From: Takakia lepidozioides
Taxonomy: Eukaryota; Plantae; Bryophyta
Assembly: GCA_030704615.1 (NCBI GenBank)
Contig: CM060732.1
Location: 22,568,001-22,632,000, forward strand
Length of the DNA stretch: 64,000 nucleotides
Direction: 5' to 3'
The notes below the pieces were generated by a model. The model saw only the letters and a program-made list of their open reading frames with translations, was not told the DNA's origin and searched no databases. Numbering within the stretch: position 1 is the first letter of the stretch; every line of letters begins with the position of its first letter. This document shows positions 49,041 to 60,719 of this stretch, in pieces. The position numbers and the translations under genes were made by a program.

Positions 49041-52000
49041 GTCAGGTGGTTGCCAGGTAAGCACTGTATCCAAAGGAGCTAACTGAGGAGGACCATGTGA
49101 TGTCACTGAACTCCCCTCACTCACCAATGGATAGGCCTCCTGTCATGCTTGGTGCACACACTCGCCTGCTATTTGATGCAAATTCCCAACTGTACCCCAC
49201 AGTAGAATATGAACAGGCACATGAGGAAGCAAATCAGCCTTGTATGCCAATTGTTTGTCCTCATCAGGTGGTGGCCTATCATCTGCATGGCTATTGCCCT
49301 CCAAGAGCTCACCATCCCAAGCCACCACCCCTGAGAATGCAGCCAATGTGGGCATCATGTTCCTATGATCCACTGCTACATTCCCAATAAACCGCACTGG
49401 GAGCAGTGCACGTCGGCCATCTCCTGACTGCCATTCCGGCCTGTAGGATGCCGTTTCCTCCCAAAAGTCCAAAGTAAATCCCATGGGGTACAACACAGCC
49501 CCTCCAACAAGCACATCATATGACAACGCGTCTGTAACAATGGCTTTAGCTCTCATGACTGAGCCGTCCGTAGGATGATCCGGCTGCAATCGAATGAAGA
49601 GCTCATGGTGTGTAATCCCTCGTGCCTTCTCTGAACCGCCCAAAGATGTTTGAATTTGGAAAGGGCAAGGCTCCAAATCCGCCTCTGTAAGGCCCAAGCC
49701 TGCAATTGATGCTCTCCCCAACATCAATGGCTGTGCTCCCGAATCCAACAAGACCCGCAGTGGCCTATACCTCCTCCCGGCTGGGCCACCCAACTGAAAC
49801 ACACCATCCTGATTGTCCACCAGGACTACCCCAGGACCGGAGTCACCATACTACGCTCAATGGCTGGCCTAGCTGGCAACTCCTGCAACCTTGCAGCTGC
49901 CGCTTGCCATGGCACAGCTGTGGCTGTCTTCACCCTTGAATCCAGGGCATCCATGCACTGCACCTGATCCGCTATCCTTGCAGGTAGTGCCGATGCATCA
50001 CCACTCTCACAGTGTGCAGCTGCTAGTTTAAACACTGCAGCTGGCCGCATCCCCGGCATTGCAATTGTCGTGGCAAAAAACAATGGAGCTTGGCAAATTG
50101 CCGTAGCCGCCCCCAACAATGTACTGGCTGCACTTTGCTTTGCAGTACCACCATTGGCATTTCCCAAGCCATACCAACTCTCCCCAATGGCACTCGTGGC
50201 TCTACCTCTGACACACTTGGGCGAGCGGGTGCTATCGATGGCATAGTTGGCACTGTCTCAGCCAATGTGAAAGACTGTGGAAGCTTTGTCTGCCGACTTG
50301 CTTCCCCTCTTTGTGGATCAAAATCCACATCCGCTCCTCTTGGCTCAGGAGCACGCGTTGCTGCTCGAGTGACAGCAGCTGCAGAGTCCACATGCAATGG
50401 TCCTGCAAGTGCGGCTCCACACATGAAGCCCATACCAATCTGGTCTCCCCTAGGCATAAGAGGTTGTGCAGGTGGGGCTTGAACCTCAGGCCTTGGAGCT
50501 GGTGCAACATGAGTAGTGGCCATGGTAGCAAGACGTTGCTCTAGCCGGGCAAGCCTATCTACCATGCCTTGGTCATGACCTTGACCGTGACCCTGTGCTC
50601 CTTGGTTTTGGTTACGACCTCCACCACGACCTCTGCCTCATCTACCTCTCTGGACTACATTGCCTCGTCCTCGGCCACCATTGTTCCCTTGGAACTGGCC
50701 TAGCCGTAGCTCAGGATGCAAGTCATAACAATGGGTCTCAGAATGCCCATACTTGCCACAATGCTAACTGGTCTGGCCGTAGCTCAGGATGCAAGTCATA
50801 ACAATGGGTCTCTTCATGCCCATACTTGCCACAATGCCTACACTGTAGTTGTGTGGGCTGTGCCTGTGCCGGCCCTTTGCCTCTCTCCGGGCAATCTCTC
50901 TTAACATGGGGTCCTCCACAATCCCAACATGTCACTCCCGACTGTTGTTGGCCTGAGAATGAAGGAAGTGACCTCTGCAATTGAGATCCTCTCTGTCCTT
51001 CCCTAGGCTTCGCCTGAGCCCCTTTGTTGCCTTGAGCACGTTGGGGTAGTGGTTGTTGTTGGCTAGGAGCCCCACTTCGTTGTGTCTCCTTACCGAACCC
51101 CACCATGACCACTCGCTCCTCCACCATATTGAGCTCTATCCGCTTTGCCAGCAAAAACATGTTTGCTAAGGTGGGTTGGGCTACTTGTAGGAGAATTGCA
51201 TCCCGCACCCTTCTCCTCAGCTCCTTGTCCAATATCCCATACCAGAATTGGACTGTTTGAGCTTCTGTAACCCCTTGGGTTACGTTTATCAAGCGCCTCA
51301 TGCGCGTGTAAACCTCCCTTAAACTCTCGGCAGGCTTTCGTTGGAACTCTTGCAAACTCCACAATTTCTCCGTCCTTATCCCCTGGTAATCCTTAACTCC
51401 TCGAAGAACTCCACAACTGGGTTAAAGGCTGGCACGGGTGTTGGTGCTGCAGCAGGAGCTTGGGTGGACTTCCCAGCTCCTGTTCCACTTGACATCTCAC
51501 TGCTACTTGCAGAAGCTGCCGGTGTCACCACTGCCCTTGTGCCTCTAGTGATGGAGACATAGTTAGGTGACCAATACACCCGCCATTCCTCAATCTCCAT
51601 CTCATGTCCCCGCCTAAACTCATGGTAGTCATCCATGGGCGGCCCCTCAAGGTGCTGAAACAACCCCTTCCACGCCATAAAAGACGTAAACAGTTGTGGA
51701 TTGCGCATCTGCTGCAAATCACACCAACTATCAAACTCTTGTATAAAGTCATCAAGCTCGATGGTGCCCACAGCTCCAGAGTACCTACGTGGCCCCTTGG
51801 TAGCTCCATACATCTCCTCCATTGTGTCCCACAACAATGGCACGGAAATGACTTGCACCCTTGGCGAGAATCCTCCTGAGTCCGAGTCTAAACCTTCATC
51901 AGAAGATACTGAAGGTGAAGGTGGCCTAAACCACACACCTTGTCTTGTATACCCACTAGTATCACTGGTGCTCGTACCAGGCCTACAAAGAGGGTGAAAG

Positions 52001-52299
52001 ACTACAAGGAAGAGAGACTAAAGCAATTCCTAATCCCAGCATGCCCTCATCCCACTACCGTATCTCCACACTCTCTTGCTTGAACAATAGACAAGACTAC
52101 CTTTCAAGGGTCTCTCAAATAACTCCCCAGGAGCCCTCAAGAATATGTCTCTCAAACAATCTCACTAAGGCTCCCAATCCTTGCACGATGGGACTCCAAA
52201 ACAGTACACCAAGGCCCCAAGAGCCTGCCAAAACTTAGCCCTCGAGGACCCCAATAGTCCCTCACACAAGTCGCCAAAGACTCCTCAAGCTCACCAAAT

Positions 52300-52545
52300 A
52301 TTGGCCTCCAAAGACCCCAAATAGTCCTCCAAAAAACTCCAAATGGTCCTCCAAATGGTCCTCCAAGGACCCCAAATAGTCCTCCAAGGACTCCCAATGG
52401 TCTTCCAAATAGTTCTCCAAAGACTCCCAATGGTCCTCCAAACAGTCCTCCAAGGACTCCCAATGGTCCTCCAAACAGTCCTCCAAGGACTCCCAATGGT
52501 CCTCCAAACAGTCCTCCAAGGACCCCAAACAGTCCTCCAAGGACT
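52300..52545 (+). repeat. 33-bp (3 x 11) minisatellite CCAAACAGTCCTCCAAGGACTCCCAATGGTCCT in the gypsy 5' region
   Basis: About 7 copies; they produce the LEDCLEDHWES pseudo-ORFs. Confidence 0.9.
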
Positions 52546-54389
52546 CTTCCTATATCACCATGTTCCCAATGTGTTCCCAATGGATTCCCAATAAGTTCCC
52601 AAAGTTCCATAGGAATATTCCCAAGAATATGCCATAGTATTTCCCCAGTATTCCCCTGGGCCTATACGTATTCCCCTTGTATTCCCCTTAGGAATAGCCA
52701 TTTCCCCCTCATAGAGTAGTTCATTTCCCCCTAAGCTTTAGCCACTTCCCTCTCTATTTCCTTGAGGTTTAGCTTTACCAAGCTAGGGTTTGTGCTCCTT
52801 GGGGCTCCGATATGCTTAATCCCCTCAAGCATCCATGAATTCTATGGGGTACCAAGGCAAATTCCCTTGATCTTCTTCACCTTAAGCTACTCAAGTTTGT
52901 CTCCAACTCAACTAGCAATGCATTGGCCACACAACAAGCTCAATTTCTCATTGGAACTCAAAATCAAGCTTGTACCTCCTTTGGCAAGCCACCAAGCCTT
53001 ATCTCCTCTCAAGCCTTGATCATTCAAGCTTCATTCACTTGCTAGCTCAAGAGCCACTCCTCTCAAGCTTGAAATTGCAAAGCTCAAGCCAAAAGCATGC
53101 TTCACACATGCATCACCTCATACACAAGGGAATCAACTTGCTCCCTTCACCTTCTAGCTCTCCTCAAGCTTGAAGTTGGAAGCCACACTTGGGAAGCATG
53201 CTCCACATAAGCATCACTTGCTTGATCAACCATCCACCACAAAACTTAAGCCAAAAGGGAATGAATACACAAGCTTCATCTTCCCCTTCTTTGTCTTGTC
53301 ACATGCTAATGTTGGTTGAAGTTGCTATGCATGCCTTGAGCCACAATCTCTTTTCTTCATGAAGACCACCTCCAATGATCTCCCACATGTGCTCCAAGCT
53401 CTTCAATGCTCTAGGCTTGGTTTCACATCATCATGGATAGAATTTTCACCCATATGCTTCCCTTCAAACCTCTTGAGCTTCCTAATGCTCTCCAAGTGTT
53501 TGCCCTTGTTGTCTTCAAGCCCAAGCCTATGTAGCTCATTGGCTTCTCTTCCACAACATCTACAATTGAGCTTGCTTAACCCTAGATTGATAATGAAATG
53601 AGCACTAACAATCATTTGGTTGCTCTCCACCAGCCATGGCACACACCATTGACTCCATAATGCATAGAAATGATTCTCAATCCCTAGAATCCATGCTTCC
53701 ACACACACAAGACTTCCCTCTTGCAATCCTTGCAAATCTTGTGGCAAACAAGCTCCTTCTTGAGCTCCTCAACACCTTGGTGTAACACCACAAGTACCTT
53801 TCCTTGCAAGCCTTGTGATCTACAAGAGCTCCATCTTTGAGCTCTCCACCTCCTTCGGGCAAAGCAATATCTCTCAAAGCCCTAACACCACAAGGATTTT
53901 TCTTTGCAATATATGCAACACCTTGCAACACAAGAGCTATCTTCCCAAGCTCTTCAACACACAAGTGCTAAACTAACCCTTACACTTCGCACTCACAAGC
54001 ATAAGATCATCTTCTTGTAGTGAAATGAAAGTGAACACAAGGGAAACACTCCACTCATGAATCCACTCAATTACATAAACTAAGTCAAGCCAATGGTACC
54101 TTTGCTAAAGGAATCCACCCTACAAAGCCCTCACCACACTCCTTCTCAATACCTAGAGCTATAGAGGTGGGAGAGGCTCATGGAGGCTCAACTACAAGAA
54201 GATGAGCCCTCCTCAACGCTCACAAGGGGAAAACCCATCCCCATGTCCCAAGTGAGGTTTGACACCTCACTTGGCATGTGAAACCAAATGAAGTCCCAAC
54301 ACACAAAATACAAATATGAATATCCAAAATATCCTAGTTAACTAGAAGTAGGTAATTCTAGTTAACCATGATCAACTAAAACCATGACA

Positions 54390-54830
54390 TATTGAAGAAG
54401 AGGTGAAAAAAAACCAGATGGTCATCATGAATGCTTATTTAGGGTTTGTTTGTGAAGAAGAGGTGAAAAAAATTGAGCTCTATCATTGTCAATCTTGTTC
54501 AGGTTTCTGTTGATGAAAAAGAGGTGAAAACAAAATCAGATGGTCATCATGAATAAATTAGGGATTGTTTGTGAAGAAGAGGTGAAAAAAAAAATTGAGC
54601 TCTATCATTGTCAAACTTCTTCAGGTTTCTGTTATTGAAGAAGAGGTGAAAAAAAAATCATATGGTCATCATGAATGTTTATTTAGGGTTTGTTTGTATA
54701 GAGGACGTGGAAAACAAATGAGCTGTCATTGTGAAACTTGTTCAGGTGCCTGTTATTCAAGAAGAAGTGGAAAAAAAAACAGATGGTCATCATGAAGCTC
54801 ATTTACGCAATGCTTCTGTAGAGGCCGTCA
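54390..54830 (+). repeat. GAAGAAGAGGTGAAAAAA tandem array, right part
   Basis: Same units as 43020-44003. Confidence 0.9.
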
Positions 54831-55137
54831 AAAAATAAAATGAGCTTTCATACTGACACTTGTCCATGTTTGGCAGGCCCGCGAACCAAAATTTAAAATA
54901 TATATATATTTTTTTTTATTTTATTTTTTTGCCCGGGGAAATATTGGGGGTGGGGGCAGAAGTGGTGTGCGTTGACGCACTCAATTTTAGAGGCTCGTTA
55001 ACCAAACCTGATGAAAAAATAAACTACCTTTCAAAACGAGACATCGTCTGCTTGTCCATATTTAAGAACTGATTATACATGTTCTACAAACAAGGCAACC
55101 CTTTCCGACATTGCGAAAAATCGCAACATATGCAACA

Positions 55138-58067
55138 CTACTCGATATTGTCAATGTTTCGCTGCAAAAGTGTCTGTACCTCACCGGGACCAAGTGTCGC
55201 CTGGTGAATGATTTGGTCTCTTTTGGGATCACAATACATCCTGCGCAAAAAGATGTAGTAAAGATGCTTGCAGGGAACCCATTTCCCTCTCTTTCCTAGA
55301 GCTTCCTCACGCATGTACACGAAGTCGGGACAGGTACACCCCGGAAAATTCCCCACCATCACCTGATAGGCCCTGTCGTGCAAAACAGACCCAGATGTGA
55401 CCAAAGTATAAACCCGTCCATACCCAGGTGAAGGTACTTCCATAGTTCCTGTTACCCGAGCCTGAAGTAGTCTGGCCGATTCCACCTTCGCATCGTGATC
55501 AGGCCCTGAAGCCACCCGATGCATTGTTTTGCCATTCATTCTCGTGGGATGCGAAGTATCGTCTGGAGGAGGCACCATAGCAGCAAGGCCACCAAGAGTC
55601 GACGCCACAGATCGGTGCAGACGAAAGTCGGCGTCCTCCAACTTGCCAATCTCCAGTGCTGTTAGGGAGGTTCCTAGCCGCACTGGCCAAATGGTGGGTG
55701 GGGGAGGCTTAGCAATGCAGGAGTCGCGGACGGAACCATTCACACAGCGAGCCATATCGTCCGGGCAGAACCAGAATTTGTGCGTCTTCGGCTCCTTTGA
55801 TATATATGGCCGAATCAAACTTGTGAACGTCGGAGCTGGAGTACCCGCATAGCCTTTGGCTATCCTGGACTTACACTTTTCATAACTAATGGCCCTCACT
55901 GCAGCGCAGCCAACTCTAGACCCTGGAGTAGTTCGCTCGATGTGCCATTCGGAGTCAGCTCAAGGTGACTCCTGCACTCCCCCCCTGTGGTCCTGCTGGA
56001 AACCCGCAATTACAAGGGTTGCAGGTAGAGGACAGGTCTATGTGGAAGAGGATGCACCAGCAGCCTCTTTCCTACTGGACGCCATGCTTTGTAGTGGAGA
56101 AATCTTGGGTACAGAGAAGTTGTCTCTGTCATGGCGATGTGAATCCCCATCTGATCCTGGAGGTGTATTTAGCTTGCGTTTGCAAGTCCCAAACCTTTCC
56201 TCTCCTTCCAGATGGGGCTCCCTTGATTGGAGAGGCGAGCCCATTGTGCACATGTTCACTACCTTTGCCATATTCGTTGGATCCCCGGACCTTCTTGCAG
56301 TCCTCAGCATCAACTCTGCTGTATCTGGTCCCTTGCCCCCACATCGCCCCCTGAGGAAGTCACGATATCTTGTTTGCTGGGTTAGAGCTCGTACCAGATC
56401 ATCTGTTGTAGCAATGTACAGATCTCTTCCTGCTTTGCCAGATTGCTGCTTCCAGGCGGCGTGAACGCTTTCTGCCAGGTTGCAGGACGACATGTCCGCA
56501 ATGTCCTCAAGGGACATGTCCTGTGAAAGGAAAATGAAAGAGCGTCATTCATGCAAGCGCAGAGTGTTCTGGGAACAAAGAAACTGGGCACATATAAGGG
56601 ATTGCAGAGGTGAAAGGCAGCTTACAGTAGTCATGAAACCCCCCCATTGCCTGTATCTGAAGTGCCAGAAGACCAACCAGTCTTCCAATTTTTGACACCG
56701 TCCTGATCAGTAGCCCCTGACGAGAACCACCATGCTCTCACTGTCTGGTACATGGTGTCAGCCTCTTCCATTGTAGTCGCATTTTTGTACATGAAGCAGA
56801 ACCTCATGTGCTCCGCCTGCAGATCTCTTCTGATGCACCTCTTCGTATGTTTCTGCAGTGACTGAGTCCAGTGGAATAGACATGTGCGCTCCCTATTAGG
56901 CATGGGTACCTTTGGATCACCAGATCCAAAAACTCGGCGCACAGCGTTGAAGTTAGCCTGTGCACTATCCGCCATAAACCCGTTGAAATTTATGCCTGTA
57001 TGTCCATTGGACTCCATGACTTTTGGTAGTTCGGGTCGTAAACATGGCAAGACATGGTTGTCCAGCCCTTCACTCGTTTGCGATGATCGAACATCATCCA
57101 GGCTTTCTCCAGATCCCCCCCTGGTTGCATACGTCTGGCCAAGCTGACGCCACTGCCCTCGCCCACCGTAGACATCTTGAACAAGTAAACCTTTTGAAGA
57201 CCCCTGACCCGGGAAGACGCTAGATTGGATAAAGTCATATTGACTTATTCGCTTGAGCTCCATAATGCTGTCAATGGACCTTGTGTTTCCACCGCGCACT
57301 CTTAATGCATTCACCTGATTCCTAATATTGGGGGAGCTCAACACGGAGACGTGATCCATCACTGCATCCAAAGACGCCCCCTCAAGTCTTGAGCTGGATT
57401 CGCTTCCTTGCCCCAGAATGTGCCTCTCGAGGAAACTTTTGCTGGCAGCCAGCGCTATGGCAGATGGTCTGGCTGAAGGGGACTTTGCAAACTCCTCCAC
57501 GACAAGCCCACGCGCCAACAGAACACTATCTCTGCAATCGCCGTGAGACACAGGATGGTCATGAGTCCCAAAATGAATGTAGGCTCGAGTCATGGTTTTG
57601 CAACGGTGAGTAACGTAGTACATGCGAGCAGGGCAATGTGCAATGCAGGAGGGGGCCACCTTGCAGAACTTACAAACAAATGTACTGGCAGACGGTGGGG
57701 CACAGCCTGGGATAAAAGGATTGTCGGAGAGTCCTTCCCACTCACTCTCATTTTTAGCACCGCTCTTCATGAAACGCAGGCAACTTGCATTCACACATCT
57801 CAGATGCCCCACACAAACGCTCCTTCTGAATGTCAAGTTTACATCGTTGTGGATATTGGACGTTTTGGTTTTGCACCATGGATGGCTGTCATGCTTTTTA
57901 TCCATTCCTTGCAAGAGACCTGAGAGGCCCCCAGCACAAGTTGGTGGATTCAGTTCAAAGAGGATGTCACCGTCGAAGGAAGGTGGAAGGAAAGGAACCC
58001 TTTTTGTTGCGAATGAATCCCACAGTATCCCTGCGATCTCGTTTTTGGATCCTGGTTTTCCTAACAA
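55138..58067 (-). pseudogene. MULE-family transposase with an N-terminal GCM-like Zn domain and a C-terminal SWIM finger (frameshifted; intron 56521-56625; further 5' coding possible up to ~59070)
   Basis: CVGHLRC...C...CKFC...C...HFGTHDHP (GCM-like); WMMFD, FMADSAQANFNAVRRVFG, CLFHW, NLAESVH (DDE with CxxH); CTCPDF...CKH (SWIM). Confidence 0.85.
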
Positions 58068-60719
58068 TGCTTTCAGATGTGGGATGACGCTAACGATTTC
58101 CTAAACATCGACGTCCCCTTCAGGAAGACTGTTCATGGGAGCCAGTATTTCCACCAATTCATCATCCGAGGAATCCGACAGTGTCACAAATGTTGTTGAA
58201 GTGGTATCCTTCTGCTTCACAGTCACATGCCGCTTTCCTTGAACGACAGAGGCAGCTGTCCCAGGAGTCACAATGGAGCCACCAGATTGTCTCCTTTCAC
58301 TTCGGAACACATGATATTTTCCAGGAAGAACTCTCCCTTCCTTTCTGGAACAATGTTCTTTGAACGTTTCCCTCCAAGTCATAGATCTCTTTCTCGACAG
58401 CAACACAACCAATGTCAAGCTTGAACCTTGCTGCCAGAACATGCTCCTCCACCATAGCAAAACCATCATCTTCAACTGCAGCACTGAAAGGGCAAGGTTC
58501 TTCAGTATACTGAAACTCGGCGAAGGCCACATCATTAGGAGAAGCCATGTGGTGAACATACGATGGTGAGTACCAATACAACTGTGCGACATGGACAAGT
58601 AAAAACCTTCCGGAGGCGATTGCCAAATCCCAAAAGTGTTTGCTAAGACAAGAGGCAGTTGTACAACTGGCCCCACACATTAACCAATAACGGTCAAGGG
58701 TATTGAACCACACCGCCAAAACATTCGGGCAGTTGCCAAATTGATGGAGAAGGGAACAAAACTGTTTATTTTGTCAGTGTCACACCACCGGGAAAAGACG
58801 GCGCCGTCTTGGATATGACAATCCAATTTGCGTTTTGCGGTGTTCCACAACGTGAACCCGGACAGTGCATGGAGTGCCGAACCCGGGAAATATCCGACGC
58901 CGGATGAACGCGGACATGGCGTTCCTGTCGTTATGTATGTTTTCGTTTTGAAGAAGGCAAAATCCGTGTATGATAGGGCGATGGCATGCCTCATGTGCGC
59001 AATATTTCATCCAAATCACAAAACATCCACATTTGAAGAAAACGGCCTTATTGATGGCATTAGGGGCGCCCAATAAACCGCAGCCAGTGAGATCGATCCA
59101 TTTGGGTTGTTAGAAGGTAGACACGCACGTCCTTAACCACATGCATAACTGATGGCTTTAGAGGGTTCTTTACTTTCTCTATTGTTGTTAGTCAAGCTGG
59201 AGAGCTGCGGGAGTGAGAGAAGACATAGTAAGAAGACGTAGAAGGTAGTCCCTTTACTTCACGAGTGCTAGAGAGAGGAAAAAAGCGCGAGTCAGAATAA
59301 GAAAGTTGCGCAATCTACAAAACACTGATGAGCAGGTTGCACAGGATACGTCAACCCACGAATCACAACAGATCACAGAGGCGGGCCAACCTGAAATGGA
59401 GGGAAGAAGGGAAGGGGAGGAGACTGCCACGGAGACCATTGTGCATGACATGGACATCGACACCATCACCATCGGTGAGAAAGAAGCGACACCAAGGGAA
59501 GTTGTGAGGACGCAGCAAGAAGAGGCATCGGGAAGTGGTGTCATGAAACCCAGGGTAATCCTTCTCCCAAATTGCATGAATCTCGCTTGACTGTCGTACC
59601 AAGTGCATAGACAGGATACGAGAGATCCGTTGAAAATTGGGTATGGCACCGCGGGGGGTGCTATTCCGTGAGCCTGTGAGCCCAGGAAACTGTGAGCCCA
59701 GCACAGGCTCACGCCACGTTAGCATGCATACAGGGCCTATTTCCGCGGGTGTCACCTATTTCCGCGGGTTGATCAGCCATTTCCCGGGAATGCAGAGTGG
59801 ATATGTTACATCCATTGCATCCATCCAGACGTTATCAACATACCAAGCCCTCACAAGTTTATGTGGGTACGTCGTGAGGAGGTGCACACTGACATCATCT
59901 AAAGCGGAGCCCTGCGAAATCTTTTCTTACTCACCACCCTTGCGAACATGCCAGGTATGTGCGGGAGCATCATGGATGCTCATTAGATTTGAGAATGCTT
60001 GAACGCTCTTTGATGAGGTGGACTTCACCGTGATGGATTCACCAACCATTCTTCTAGCAGGAATGGTTTGGAGACTAACGAGCAAATGATGCGAGAATGC
60101 TCTACACGAACCAAAGTCGTTTGTTTGTTTTTGCAATGCACTCAAGTCTGTGAGGTCCACAAAACACTAAATAGATTGAAGGAACAATCCGGGCAGTCCA
60201 TGCAACCCCCATCTCCAACAATAGTTTGTTCTCATGAATGTGCATTCCATGCACACATTGCAAACAGGACAACAATGACACACAACCATCCCATTTCAAA
60301 TTTGGCCCCGAATAAAACCAAAAGAAAACTTCATATCAAGTGTCACAGTCATTAGAATCAGTCTCGACCTCCTGTGCTATGTCATCCACAAAGATTCTGG
60401 CCCCAACACCACGTCTTCTACCACAGCCGTCGATGGGTGGACTCCGAGTGCCATGAACAGACATGCTTGCTGCGAGTGCCTCCGCATAGACAGGTAGCAC
60501 GCAAGACCAAGGAGGACTGGAAAGAAGTCCAAATAGGTGTGATAGCCCTGGAGGGTAAGTGGAAGCACGCGAACTCCTGCACATGTCGACAAAAACCCAT
60601 TTTGAACACAATGATGCAATGCACAAGTCCAACGAAGAGGATGTCTCCCATGTGAACTTTGCCTCAAGAACAGTGATTCTCGATATTGAAACAACAATGC
60701 AAGCATCCACAGGTTGAAC

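Larger units (their letters stand above)
44004..54389 (-). mobile_element. Ty3/gypsy retrotransposon (10,386 bp): gag-PR-DNMT-RT-RH-IN-PHD, 4-bp TSD TATT
   Basis: TGTC...GACA termini with TATT at 44000-44003 and 54390-54393; removing it restores the array consensus. Gag with CCHC knuckles (51936-50700), PR VLLDSGA (49820-49143), RT RMCGDYR / PFGLKNAP / YIDD (47569-46553), RH (~46590-46250), IN HEELGH..CMVC / WSLDF / LTDQG / GLAER (46084-45000). Confidence 0.92.

Noticed and set aside
52152-52610. Gly/Leu-rich or LEDHWES repeat proteins
   Set aside because: These are translations of a 33-bp minisatellite that is open in several frames.
59306-59590. Small acidic ORF divergent from the transposase
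   Set aside because: Low complexity, non-ATG start and no motif; cannot be supported.
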